A stretch of 64,000 nucleotides of DNA from positions 23,512-87,511 of the forward strand of contig JAJDJP010000003.1 in assembly GCA_030267215.1 (NCBI GenBank). Direction: 5' to 3'. The DNA comes from Ruminococcaceae bacterium OttesenSCG-928-A16 (GTDB lineage Bacteria > Bacillota > Clostridia > Oscillospirales > Ruminococcaceae). The notes below the pieces were generated by a model. The model was given only the letters and a program-made list of their open reading frames with translations, had not been told where the DNA came from and did no database searches. Positions 10,945 through 21,659 of this stretch are shown here, piece by piece; the first letter of the stretch is position 1, and each line of letters opens with the position of its first letter. The translations under genes were made by a program, and so were the position numbers.

Positions 10945-11162
10945 GCCCGTTCCTCCCATTTTAAAAATCTACTTGGGTACCATTATAACCCAGTTTGCAA
11001 GGGCATACAATAGCACAAAATAAAAATGCTGGCCTAACCAGCTTTTGCAAACACTACCATAAAACACCTTTTGGCACACCGCCTAAAAATTAACAAAATA
11101 TAGGATAAAAAAGGGGCTGCTTATGGTATGATAAACCTAGATAGAAAGCAACCCCAATTTAA

Positions 11163-13210
<2,048 letters not shown>

Positions 13211-13244
13211 TGCGAATCACTAGTTGGAAACAATTTTTTATTGT

Positions 13245-13300
13245 ATCCCCCAGTTTGGCACAAAGGAACGTGCCAGCCACCCCTCTTTAGGCAATGGGGC
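13245..13300 (+). repeat. REP-like element, copy 3 (truncated, right arm missing)
   Basis: Aligns with the left two thirds of 6218..6297. Lies 35 nt after the phosphoesterase stop. Confidence 0.55.
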
Positions 13301-13344
13301 CGAGAGAGCAGAATGTAATTGGTTGGTTGCCTGTAAAAAAACAG

Positions 13345-13372
13345 AAAAAGGACTGCCTGCGCAGTCCTTTTT
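13345..13372. terminator. Bidirectional intrinsic terminator
   Basis: AAAAAGGACTGC-ctgc-GCAGTCCTTTTT: perfect 8-bp GC-rich stem flanked by an A-run and a T-run. Confidence 0.7.
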
Positions 13373-13589
13373 CTATAGAGGGGTGGGAAAGTACAAATAA
13401 AGTTTCGTTCATTTGTACTTTCATTCTACTTAGGCGGGGTAAATTTGTCAACTAATAATTGCAAATTATTCTTTGCTATATTTCGATATTTGGAGTATTA
13501 TACTTATATAATTAAGATAAGGCTAAAATCCCCTTTATTATTTAATTGAAAAAAGAATGCCCTAAAGCGGAACTTAATATTGTAAGGAA

Positions 13590-14027
13590 GTGACTGGATT
13601 GGATGAGCTGGATAAAAAAATTTTGACGCTGCTGAACAAAAATGCACGGGCCACAGTAAAAGAAATTGCGGGTGAGGTGGCACTTACATCGCCAGCAGTG
13701 TCGGAGCGGATACGCCGGATGGAAAAAAATGGGATAATAGAGGGGTACACGGTGCGCTTTAACCCCCAGCTAACCCAGGGGCATATCAATGCGCTTATCT
13801 CTATTTCGGTGCCCCCGAAGGACCGCCCAGAGTTTATTCGCCTATTGGCCGAGCAGCCCGCCGTACAGCAGTGTTTTCAGGTAACGGGGGGGTACAGCTA
13901 CATGGTTAAGGTGCGCTGCCGTGATGTTGCCGCGCTGGAAGTTTTGCTAAGCCATTTGCAAAAAATGGGGCAAACCAACACCCAAATTATTCTTTCTACC
14001 ATAGAGGGGAATGGCATAGAATTTTAA
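13590..14027 (+). CDS. Lrp/AsnC-family transcriptional regulator
   Basis: LDELDKKILTLLNKNARATVKEIAGEV HTH plus a C-terminal RAM-like domain. The start may be the TTG at 13599, which has better SD spacing. Confidence 0.88.
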   Translation: MTGLDELDKKILTLLNKNARATVKEIAGEVALTSPAVSERIRRMEKNGIIEGYTVRFNPQLTQGHINALISISVPPKDRPEFIRLLAEQPAVQQCFQVTGGYSYMVKVRCRDVAALEVLLSHLQKMGQTNTQIILSTIEGNGIEF

Positions 14028-14151
14028 AATTAGCCAGCCGCCGCTGCCCTGCTTTCGTTGCGGGGTGGGGGTATTCGTGGTACAATAATTGGTATTGCAA
14101 TTCAATTAATGTAATGCCCACACCCTGTGGGCTGGGTAAGGAGAGTGCGGT

Positions 14152-14856
14152 ATGAACTGCGCAAAATGTGGGGCAGAAAATGGGCCGGAACAGGCATATT
14201 GTGCACGTTGCGGCGAGACAATAAACCCCTTGGCAAGCATGCCTGCAGCGCCCCCGGTGCCAGATGTGACTGGCCCGCCAACACCGCAGGCGGCGCCGGT
14301 GGTGCCCAATAGGCACATGGCGGCGCAAGATGTGCCTTTTGGTGTGGAGGCTGGCCCTTTGGCTTATGGCACCATGCCTGTTTATAACCCGCTTGCCGGG
14401 CCGGTGGTGCCGCCCAGTGCCCCGCTATATGGGCATACTATGGCCCCGCAGCATTATAGCGCACCTTGGCCGCAGGTTCCGCAGTATCCACAACCGGGGT
14501 ATATGCCCGCTGGTACACAGCCAGGGTGGGGGTATGCCCCGCCTGCTGCGCTGCCGGTGTGGCAGCCTAAAAAAATAACCAAAGAAAAACAAAGTGATGT
14601 ACCCGAAGTAGCCGAGGGAAGCAGTTTGCTGCTTACGGCGGGCCAGTGTTTTGCCACCATTTTGCTGGGCATTTTACCGGTGGCGGGGCTGGTGCTTTGC
14701 CTTGCCTGGTTGTACGGAAAAACGGGGCCACCCCAAAAAAAGAACATGGCAAAAGCTATGTTGTGGCTGCACGGTATAGCGCTGGTGGCGCTATTGGTTT
14801 GGCTGGTAATTTGGGTGGCAGGCTCTTGGGCGGTGCTGTCTTCGGCTGCGTGGTAG
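14152..14856 (+). CDS. Zinc-ribbon protein with a proline-rich linker and two C-terminal TM helices
   Basis: N-terminal CAKCG...CARCG, about 120 aa of Pro/Gln/Tyr-rich low complexity, and a hydrophobic C-terminus. AAGGAG SD. Confidence 0.7.
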   Translation: MNCAKCGAENGPEQAYCARCGETINPLASMPAAPPVPDVTGPPTPQAAPVVPNRHMAAQDVPFGVEAGPLAYGTMPVYNPLAGPVVPPSAPLYGHTMAPQHYSAPWPQVPQYPQPGYMPAGTQPGWGYAPPAALPVWQPKKITKEKQSDVPEVAEGSSLLLTAGQCFATILLGILPVAGLVLCLAWLYGKTGPPQKKNMAKAMLWLHGIALVALLVWLVIWVAGSWAVLSSAAW

Positions 14857-14895
14857 CCAAGCATTGCGTATAAAAAAATTGAAGGAGATACAACA

Positions 14896-15399
14896 ATGAA
14901 AAAACTGTTTGCATGGGGCTTAGCCGCCCTGTTATTAATGGGTGTTTTGGTAGCGTGTGGTGGCGGCAATGGTGCCGCTGCAGGTACCGGTTCCTCGGCC
15001 GATTATAAAGTGGTGCTGGAGGCTGCACGCCCGGAATCTGCCGAAAATATACCGGTGATAACCAGCCCCGAAGAGGATGGCCCCACCGGCCTGCTGGATT
15101 TTTTTGGCGTACCACAGGAAGACATGAAAAAATATGCCATTAGCGTAAGCCTAATTAATGTTAAAGCGTATGGTATTGCCATTATTTTGCCCCAAGAGGG
15201 AAAAGAACAGGCGGTAACAGATGCGGTAAACGCTTTTGTGGAGCTTCAGCAAAAAGGGTTTGAAAACTATTTGCAAGACCAATACGCCATTGCCAAGGGT
15301 GCGCTGGTTAAAACTGCCCCCACCGGCGAGGTAATTTTGGTAATGTGCGAAGATGCCGCTACCGTTATGGCAGCTATTGAAAAAGGTTTGGCAGCATAA
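14896..15399 (+). CDS. Lipoprotein, DUF4358-like
   Basis: Lipobox LVAC-GGG after a signal peptide. The body resembles DUF4358 (YLQDQYAIAKGA). AAGGAG SD. Confidence 0.6.
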   Translation: MKKLFAWGLAALLLMGVLVACGGGNGAAAGTGSSADYKVVLEAARPESAENIPVITSPEEDGPTGLLDFFGVPQEDMKKYAISVSLINVKAYGIAIILPQEGKEQAVTDAVNAFVELQQKGFENYLQDQYAIAKGALVKTAPTGEVILVMCEDAATVMAAIEKGLAA

Positions 15400-15412
15400 G
15401 CTGCTTAAAAAG

Positions 15413-15447
15413 GCGGCCAAAGCAAGATGTTTGGCTGCTTTTTTTGT
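15413..15447 (+). terminator. Intrinsic terminator
   Basis: GCGGCCAAA-8 nt-TTTGGCTGC stem followed by T7. Confidence 0.7.
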
Positions 15448-15612
15448 TTTAGTTTGGGTTAAATTTGCGTTATTTTATAGGCTAGTTTGGCGCAAATAGC
15501 AGTGCCGCAACCAAAAACAACGTATAGCAGAGAGATTGCATTTTTAAGGTGGAGGTGTTATACTTTCCACCAAGTATAGGGCTGTAGCAAACGGCCGCAG
15601 CCCTATGCACAC

Positions 15613-16293
15613 ATGGCAAGGAGAGTGAACCTTTTGAAAAAAGCGATTGAAGAAAAAGTGGCCTACATAGTAGAAACCAAGGATGGTAAGGTGCTGGAAG
15701 TAGCAGATTTTAACCGTGGCAATGGCGGTGCCCTGCGCATTTGGCAAAACGCCGGCGGCGAAACCCAGCAATGGCTGTTAGAGCAAGTGGTTAAAGATTT
15801 TTATAAAATAACCAACGTGTTTTCTGGCAAGGTGCTGGATATTGTTATGCAAGGCGTAGACAATGGCGCCTGGGCCCACCAGTGGGATTATATTGGAGCC
15901 GACAGCCAGATGTGGCAGCTGGAAGACGCTGGCCGTGGGTTTGTTAAAATCAAATCCAAAGCATCGGGCAAATGCCTAGATTTAGTTGGCCTTGGCACCA
16001 TGGACGGTACCCCCGTGCAGGTGTGGGAAGATGTGAACGGTAAAACCCAGCTTTGGAAGCTGACCCCTGCCACCGCCAAAAAACCGGCTGCTAAAAAGGC
16101 GGCTACAAAAAAAGCTGTTGCCAAAAAGCCCGCCGCTAAAAAAGCAGCGGCACCCAAAGCGGCAGCAAAACCCGCTGCTAAAAAAGCGGTTGCTAAGCCT
16201 GCGGCCAAAGCCGTTGCCAAGCCTGCCGTAGCCGCAAAAGCCGCAGCACCTAAAAAAGCTGCAGAGAAAAAAACAGCGGAAGATAAAAAATAA
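15613..16293 (+). CDS. Ricin-B/beta-trefoil lectin domain protein without a signal peptide, with a 75-aa Ala/Lys/Pro tail
   Basis: Three QxW repeats (QQW, QMW, QLW) with GKVLD/GKCLD spacing, then an AKKPAAKK-type repeat tail. The start may be the TTG at 15634. Confidence 0.75.
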   Translation: MARRVNLLKKAIEEKVAYIVETKDGKVLEVADFNRGNGGALRIWQNAGGETQQWLLEQVVKDFYKITNVFSGKVLDIVMQGVDNGAWAHQWDYIGADSQMWQLEDAGRGFVKIKSKASGKCLDLVGLGTMDGTPVQVWEDVNGKTQLWKLTPATAKKPAAKKAATKKAVAKKPAAKKAAAPKAAAKPAAKKAVAKPAAKAVAKPAVAAKAAAPKKAAEKKTAEDKK

Positions 16294-16306
16294 ATTTTAT
16301 TGATGC

Positions 16307-16340
16307 AAAACATCCCTTGCCAATTGGCAAGGGATGTTTT
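16307..16340. terminator. Bidirectional intrinsic terminator between convergent genes
   Basis: AAAACATCCCTTGCC-aatt-GGCAAGGGATGTTTT. Confidence 0.8.
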
Positions 16341-16347
16341 GTATGTA

Positions 16348-16941
16348 CTAACTTTTTATGTGTTTTTGGGAAGCAAGTGTTGCCATACTTGGGAACATGT
16401 GCCGCAGCAGGGCATAAACCCCGTAACCCAGCATGGTGCCTAGCACGTTTAAAATAATGTCGTCAACATCGGTGTAGCGGGCAATAAAAAGTTGCGAAAA
16501 CTCTATAAAGCAGGTGAAGGCAAGGCCGCATAATGCCACTTTGTAAAAACGCTGCCACCGCTGCCATAATAGCGGCAAAAAAAAGCCTATTGGAGAAAAA
16601 ATAAGCACATTGCCGGCCAGGTTTAAAAAAGCGTGCTCCCAGTTGTTGCTGGTAACAAATTGCCAGTTGCTTTTAAACGGTATCAAATTGATATCGGTGC
16701 CGGTTTGCAGGCGGTGCCAAAAACTGCTAAATAGGGTTGCAGGGGTAAACCCCGCCCCGGGGCTAAACACCTGCGTGGCAAATGCTGCTAAAAAAACAGC
16801 AAATAAGGCCAGCAAAACTTCCCGGCTTATCTGCTTTGCCGGTGTGGGCCTTTTTTTGCGGTATAACCAGCGCAACAAAATATAAACCGGCACAAAAACC
16901 AGCATGGTAAGCGCAAGGTTTAGGGTGTAGGCCAGTGTCAT
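16348..16941 (-). CDS. VanZ-family membrane protein
   Basis: Four TM segments and the NVLIFSPIGFFLP motif. ATG at 16941 forms an ATGA overlap with the nrdG stop. Confidence 0.75.
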   Translation of the reverse strand: MTLAYTLNLALTMLVFVPVYILLRWLYRKKRPTPAKQISREVLLALFAVFLAAFATQVFSPGAGFTPATLFSSFWHRLQTGTDINLIPFKSNWQFVTSNNWEHAFLNLAGNVLIFSPIGFFLPLLWQRWQRFYKVALCGLAFTCFIEFSQLFIARYTDVDDIILNVLGTMLGYGVYALLRHMFPSMATLASQKHIKS

Positions 16942-17495
16942 GGTTTTCCCCCTCCTACCCAGCGGGGGGCGGTTTCCCAAACGGGGGTGCCTGCGGCAAG
17001 GCTTTGCGGCACCTGCAAAATGCGCTGGTTGGCGCTGCCCCTAAAACGCAGGGTAAGGTCTCGCTGTGCCAGCTCAAAACGGCCATCAATTAGGGTGTTT
17101 AGCATGCCTAGCAATTTTTGCTGGGCGGGGGTGCCCTGCAACAGTTCTTCAAAGGTGTAACCAGTGTAGGCGGCCAGCTCCAAGCCGTCGGCTTTTAAAA
17201 GCTGCGCAAGGGCGGCTAAAGCCTCCGCCTGGCAAAAGGGTTCGCCGCCAGAAAAGGTAACCCCGCTGCACAAAGGGTAGCTTTTTATACGCGTATATAG
17301 CTGGCTTACGGTGCTGATTTGCCCGCCGGTAAATGGGTGAGATGCCGGGTTGTGGCAGCCTTGGCAGGCGTGGGGGCAGCCCTGGGTAAAAATAGCGCAG
17401 CGCAGGCCAGGGCCGTCCACAATCGAGTCCCCCTCGAAGCCAAAGAGGGAGAGTGTTAAATCATTTTCAGAGGCAAAATCGGTGGCATGGTTCAT
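16938..17495 (-). CDS. nrdG: Anaerobic ribonucleotide reductase activating protein (radical SAM)
   Basis: DGPGLRCAIFTQGCPHACQGCHN cluster motif. ATG at 17495 with GAGGAT SD. Confidence 0.92.
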   Translation of the reverse strand: MNHATDFASENDLTLSLFGFEGDSIVDGPGLRCAIFTQGCPHACQGCHNPASHPFTGGQISTVSQLYTRIKSYPLCSGVTFSGGEPFCQAEALAALAQLLKADGLELAAYTGYTFEELLQGTPAQQKLLGMLNTLIDGRFELAQRDLTLRFRGSANQRILQVPQSLAAGTPVWETAPRWVGGGKP

Positions 17496-17566
17496 AGTGT
17501 TATCCTCAAAACAAGGGGCACCCGACAAACGGATGCCCTTTGTTGCTATTTATAATTTGTTTGCCT

Positions 17567-17725
17567 TTAAGCATTGTGGATATCGTGTTTTACACGGTCG
17601 TGCTCTTCGGCTTTTTTGCCGTCGTTCCATTTGTCCATAGTGCCTACCAGGTAGCCGGTAATACGGCGGATACGCTCGAACCCAATGCCTTTGCCGGCTT
17701 GTATGTTTGTGTTATTTTCCATCAT
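17567..17725 (-). CDS. Free-standing NrdD glycyl-radical domain peptide (52 aa), absent from the ORF track
   Basis: My own translation: MMENNTNIQAGKGIGFERIRRITGYLVGTMDKWNDGKKAEEHDRVKHDIHNA. AGGAG SD 6 nt upstream. RRITGYL...WNDGKKAEE..R.KH matches the canonical NrdD C-terminus (RRVCGYLG...FNAGKQEE..RRVKH). Confidence 0.8.
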   Translation of the reverse strand: MMENNTNIQAGKGIGFERIRRITGYLVGTMDKWNDGKKAEEHDRVKHDIHNA

Positions 17726-17773
17726 GATAATCTCCTTACATAAATATAGTTTGGTTATTTTGGTTTGTTTTAT

Positions 17774-20065
17774 TTAGTGGCAGCCACAAAACTCGGTAAT
17801 TTGCGGGTATTGGCGGCGCAGTTCGTCCAGCTTGTCGGGGGCAATGGGCTCGCCAGCGCGGCGGCCGCAACGGGGGCAAACTTCATCAATAATGCCAACA
17901 TAGCCGCAAACGGGGTCACGGTCTACCGGGTGGTTAATAGAGCCATAGCCCACGCCGGCATCGTGCATGCAGCGCACAATGGCCATAAAGGCCTCCAGGT
18001 TGTCGGCGGTGTCGCCGTCTAGCTCTACATAAGTAATGTGCCCGGCCGGGGTAAGGGCGTGGTAGGGGGCTTCTTTTTGTATTTTATCGTAGGCAGAAAT
18101 AGGGTGGTAAACCGGCACGTGGAAAGAGTTTGTGTAATAGTCACGGTCGGTTATGCCGGGAAGAGAACCATATTTCTTGCGGTCTATTTTTACAAACCGG
18201 CCCGAAAGCCCTTCGGCGGGGGTGGCAAGCAGGGTAAAGTTCATGCCTTTTTCCTTGCTTTTTTTGGCGCAAAAATCGTTCATATGGCTTACAATGGCAA
18301 GGCCCTTTTGCTGCATTTCGTCGCTTTCGCCGTGGTGGTGGCCGTACAGCGCTTTTAAGGTTTCGGCCAGGCCAATAAAACCAATGCTTAGCGTGCCGTG
18401 CTTTAGCACCTCGCGTATTTCATCGTCCGGCCCCAATGTTTCAGAGTCCATCCAAACGCCCTGCCCCATTAAAAACGGGAAGTTGCGAACGGATTTTTTG
18501 GCCTGAATTTCAAAGCGATCGAGTAATTGGGCGCTTACCAGTTCCAGCACATTGTCAAGGTCTTGGTAAAATTTGGTTTCATCGCCCTTTGCCTCTATGC
18601 CAAGGCGTGGCAGGTTAATAGAGGTGAACGACAAGTTGCCGCGGCCAAAAGCGGTTTGGCGGGTAGGGTCGTACACGTTGGCCATTACGCGGGTGCGGCA
18701 GCCCATGGTGGCAATTTCGGTTTCGGGGCGGCCGGGCTTGTAGTATTGCAGGTTGTAGGGGGCATCTAGGTTGGTAAAGTTGGGGAACAAGCGCTTGGCA
18801 CTGCAACGGCAAGCAAGCTCAAATAAATCGTAGTTGGGGTCTTCGGGGTTGTAGTTTACCCCGGCTTTTAGCTTAAAAATTTGGATAGGGAAGATGGGGG
18901 TTTCGCTGTGGCCAAGGCCGGCCTCGGTTGCCAGCATCACGTTTTTCATCACCATGCGGCCTTCGGGGCTGGTGTCGGTGCCGTAGTTGATGCTGGAAAA
19001 CGGCGTTTGTGCCCCCGCGCGCGAGTGCATGGAGTTGAGGTTATGTATAACCGCTTCCATGGCTTGGTAGGTGCGACGGTCGGTTTCTTTTTCGGTGGTG
19101 TTGGGCAAAAAGGCAAGTATCTGGTCGGCTGCCTCGGCGCTAACCATGGGCAGCAACACCTCGCGCAGGCTGGCAAGGTAGGTTTCGTCCAGGGCAAGTT
19201 TGGGGCCGGTGCCGGCTTTTTCTTCGGCCAGGGCCACCAGCAATTTTGCCTGGTCCTTGCTCCACTCTTTATCGGGGGCCAGCAGTTCCAGTGCTTTCAG
19301 CAGGTTTTCGGTAAACAGGCGGCGGTAGGTTTTGGCAACGCCTTTGCCCAGCGCGTAATCAAAGTTGGGCACGCTTTGGCCGCCGTGTTGGTCGTTTTGG
19401 TTGCTTTGAATGGCAATGCAGGCAAGCGCGGCATAGCTTTGGATATCCTGTGGCTCGCGCAGAAAGCCGTGCCCGGTAGAAAACCCGCCGCTGAATAGCT
19501 GGTCTAAATCGATTTGGCAGCAGGTGGTGGTTAGCGAATAAAAGTCGAAGTCGTGAATATGGATAGCGCCCTCGGTATGGGCCTGGGCATGTTGCTTGGT
19601 AACCAGGTAAGCGCTGTTGTAAGCCTTGGCAGCGGCCGAGCCAATTTGCAGCATGCTGCCCATGGCGGTGTTGCCGTCTACGTTGGCATTATCTCGCTTT
19701 AAATCGCTTTGGCGGGCATCGGCATTGGTAATTTCGTCAAACGCCTTCATTAGCGAAGTATTGGCCTCGCGCACGTTGGTGCGCTGGGCACGGTATAAAA
19801 TATAGCTTTTTGCGGCGTCTTCGTACCCGGCACGCATCAGCGCTTTTTCTACTTCGTCCTGCACGTCTTCTATTAAATAGCTTTGGCCGCTATTTTTGGC
19901 ACTTAAAGCAGCACCCACCTCGTTGGCAATTTGGGCCGCAAGGGGTACATCTTCTTTGCCGGTGGCAACCAAGGCTTTTAAAATAGCTTTGGCAATTTTG
20001 GTTTCATCGTATAATACTTCCCGGCCATCTCGTTTTGTGATGGTGCGTACCCCTGTTTTTTGCAT
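17774..20065 (-). CDS. nrdD: Anaerobic ribonucleoside-triphosphate reductase large protein, ending after the Zn-ribbon region
   Basis: 763 aa. N-terminal ATP-cone, a TTTCCQIDL motif that I recall as NrdD-typical, the thiyl-Cys loop ATMGCRTR, and C-terminal CGYVGIIDEVCPRCG...CGCH. No RxxGY loop follows the Zn-ribbon region. Confidence 0.92.
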   Translation of the reverse strand: MQKTGVRTITKRDGREVLYDETKIAKAILKALVATGKEDVPLAAQIANEVGAALSAKNSGQSYLIEDVQDEVEKALMRAGYEDAAKSYILYRAQRTNVREANTSLMKAFDEITNADARQSDLKRDNANVDGNTAMGSMLQIGSAAAKAYNSAYLVTKQHAQAHTEGAIHIHDFDFYSLTTTCCQIDLDQLFSGGFSTGHGFLREPQDIQSYAALACIAIQSNQNDQHGGQSVPNFDYALGKGVAKTYRRLFTENLLKALELLAPDKEWSKDQAKLLVALAEEKAGTGPKLALDETYLASLREVLLPMVSAEAADQILAFLPNTTEKETDRRTYQAMEAVIHNLNSMHSRAGAQTPFSSINYGTDTSPEGRMVMKNVMLATEAGLGHSETPIFPIQIFKLKAGVNYNPEDPNYDLFELACRCSAKRLFPNFTNLDAPYNLQYYKPGRPETEIATMGCRTRVMANVYDPTRQTAFGRGNLSFTSINLPRLGIEAKGDETKFYQDLDNVLELVSAQLLDRFEIQAKKSVRNFPFLMGQGVWMDSETLGPDDEIREVLKHGTLSIGFIGLAETLKALYGHHHGESDEMQQKGLAIVSHMNDFCAKKSKEKGMNFTLLATPAEGLSGRFVKIDRKKYGSLPGITDRDYYTNSFHVPVYHPISAYDKIQKEAPYHALTPAGHITYVELDGDTADNLEAFMAIVRCMHDAGVGYGSINHPVDRDPVCGYVGIIDEVCPRCGRRAGEPIAPDKLDELRRQYPQITEFCGCH

Positions 20066-20139
20066 GTGATGGTTCCTCCAAGTTAATTCTTGCCAGAAAA
20101 TCGGCCCAAAAAGCGGGCGTTTCTTCTGGCGGTACTATA

Positions 20140-20203
20140 ACTTTATCACACTAGATATAGTGCGTCAAGAAGAAAAATGCCCAAAAATACACAAGATGTT
20201 TGT
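20140..20203 (-). promoter_or_regulatory. nrd promoter with two NrdR boxes
   Basis: Minus strand reads TTGACG, 17-nt spacer, TAAAGT. NrdR-box-like palindromes at 20147..20162 (cacactagatatagtg, inside the spacer) and 20189..20203 (acacaagatgtttgt), about 41 bp centre to centre. Confidence 0.7.
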
Positions 20204-20415
20204 TTTTAATTCATACTAAAAAACTATGAGATACGGCTATGCCGCACCACAAGCGGGTTTGCCTAAGTTAGAATGTTTTTTGCAAAGATTTACTTTTATT
20301 TTATGGGCAAATATTTGAAGCCGGGAGGGGAGGGTGGTATACTGAGAACAGAAAATAATGAAGCAAACACCTATTTTAAATAGAACGGTAGATTGGTAAG
20401 CCGGCAGAGGAAACG

Positions 20416-20799
20416 ATGAGACAACCAGATAAAAAAACAGAACCCGGCGGGCGGCCTTGCCGAAAAGCAACGAGAAAAAAAGAAGCCCCCTTTTGGCCCC
20501 AGTTTTGTGGGCTGTTGTTTGGCCTGCATTTGTTGGTAACGCTTGGTTTTGGCGTTTTAGAGCTAATGAACAGCGGCCGGCCTACCAGCCCGGCTTTGGT
20601 AGATGTGTTGGGTGGGCTGCTTGCCAGTGGGGCGGCCACTGGGCTGCCGGTTATTGGTATTAGCGTGTGGCAAATCAAAACCATTCAAAAAAAGCAGTTG
20701 CCGCAGCTTACTTTGTGGTACAAGCTTTACATTATAGTGTGCGGTGTTTTGGTGGCCGGGTTGTTTTTGGCTTGGGTGGCGGCGCTTATTTTTGGCTAA
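20416..20799 (+). CDS. Small multi-pass membrane protein, function unknown
   Basis: 127 aa with a basic N-terminus and three hydrophobic segments. No recognisable motif. Confidence 0.5.
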   Translation: MRQPDKKTEPGGRPCRKATRKKEAPFWPQFCGLLFGLHLLVTLGFGVLELMNSGRPTSPALVDVLGGLLASGAATGLPVIGISVWQIKTIQKKQLPQLTLWYKLYIIVCGVLVAGLFLAWVAALIFG

Positions 20800-20852
20800 C
20801 GGGTGCTTGCCCCTGGCCCTAACTAACGTAACAACTATTGGAGGTTTTATAC

Positions 20853-21596
20853 ATGAAACTGGTATTGATACGGCATGGCGAAAGTGAATGGAACCAGCTA
20901 AACCTGTTTACCGGATGGACCGACGTAGAGCTGACCGACAAAGGCCGTGCCGAAGCCGCCGAAGGTGGGCGGGTGCTGAAAGCAGAAGGGTACGATTTTG
21001 ATATTTGCTATACTTCATACCTAAAGCGTGCCATACATACGTTAAACCTTGTGCTGCAACAAATGGACCGTGAGTGGCTGCCGGTGGAAAAAAGCTGGAA
21101 GCTGAACGAACGGCATTATGGTGCTTTGCAAGGGCTAAATAAAGCCGAAACCGCCCAAAAGTACGGCGAAGAACAGGTGCAAATTTGGCGGCGCTCGTTT
21201 GATATTACCCCACCTCCGCTGGAAGAAGGTGATGAGCGTAACCCTAGAAAGCAGGCGCAATACCGTGGGGTAAACCCGGCCCAGCTACCCCTTGCCGAAA
21301 GCCTTGCCACTACCATAGAGCGGGTAATGCCTTATTTTAACAGCGAGATAAAACCCAAGATGGAAGCGGGCCAGCGGGTGTTAATTGCGGCACACGGCAA
21401 CTCTTTGCGGGCGTTGGTAAAAGTGTTCGACGGGCTGTCAGAAGAGGAGATTGTGAATGTGAATATCCCTACCGGTGTGCCGCTGGTGTACGAGTTTGCG
21501 CCCGATTTTACAGTGATAAACAAGCAATATTTGGGCGATGCCGCCGCCATACAGGCTAAAATGGAGGGTGTGGCAAACCAGGGCAAGGCGAAATAA
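20853..21596 (+). CDS. gpmA: 2,3-bisphosphoglycerate-dependent phosphoglycerate mutase
   Basis: [19 protein letters not shown] and [10 protein letters not shown] motifs. ATG at 20853 with GGAGG SD. Confidence 0.95.
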   Translation: MKLVLIRHGESEWNQLNLFTGWTDVELTDKGRAEAAEGGRVLKAEGYDFDICYTSYLKRAIHTLNLVLQQMDREWLPVEKSWKLNERHYGALQGLNKAETAQKYGEEQVQIWRRSFDITPPPLEEGDERNPRKQAQYRGVNPAQLPLAESLATTIERVMPYFNSEIKPKMEAGQRVLIAAHGNSLRALVKVFDGLSEEEIVNVNIPTGVPLVYEFAPDFTVINKQYLGDAAAIQAKMEGVANQGKAK

Positions 21597-21624
21597 AAAA
21601 GGGACAAAAATGGCTGAAAAATAG

Positions 21625-21653
21625 TTGACAATGTTTTTAAGGGATGGTATAGT
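21625..21653 (+). promoter_or_regulatory. Near-consensus promoter driving the candidate sRNA
   Basis: TTGACA, 17-nt spacer, TATAGT with an upstream TG (extended -10). Confidence 0.65.
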
Positions 21654-21659
21654 ATACAC

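Noticed and set aside
15888-16313. 141-aa minus-strand ORF (and similar ORFs at 5955..6236) rich in Ala/Phe/Leu.
   Set aside because: These are antisense translations of the AKKPAAKK-coding repeats of the lectin and GlgB tails.
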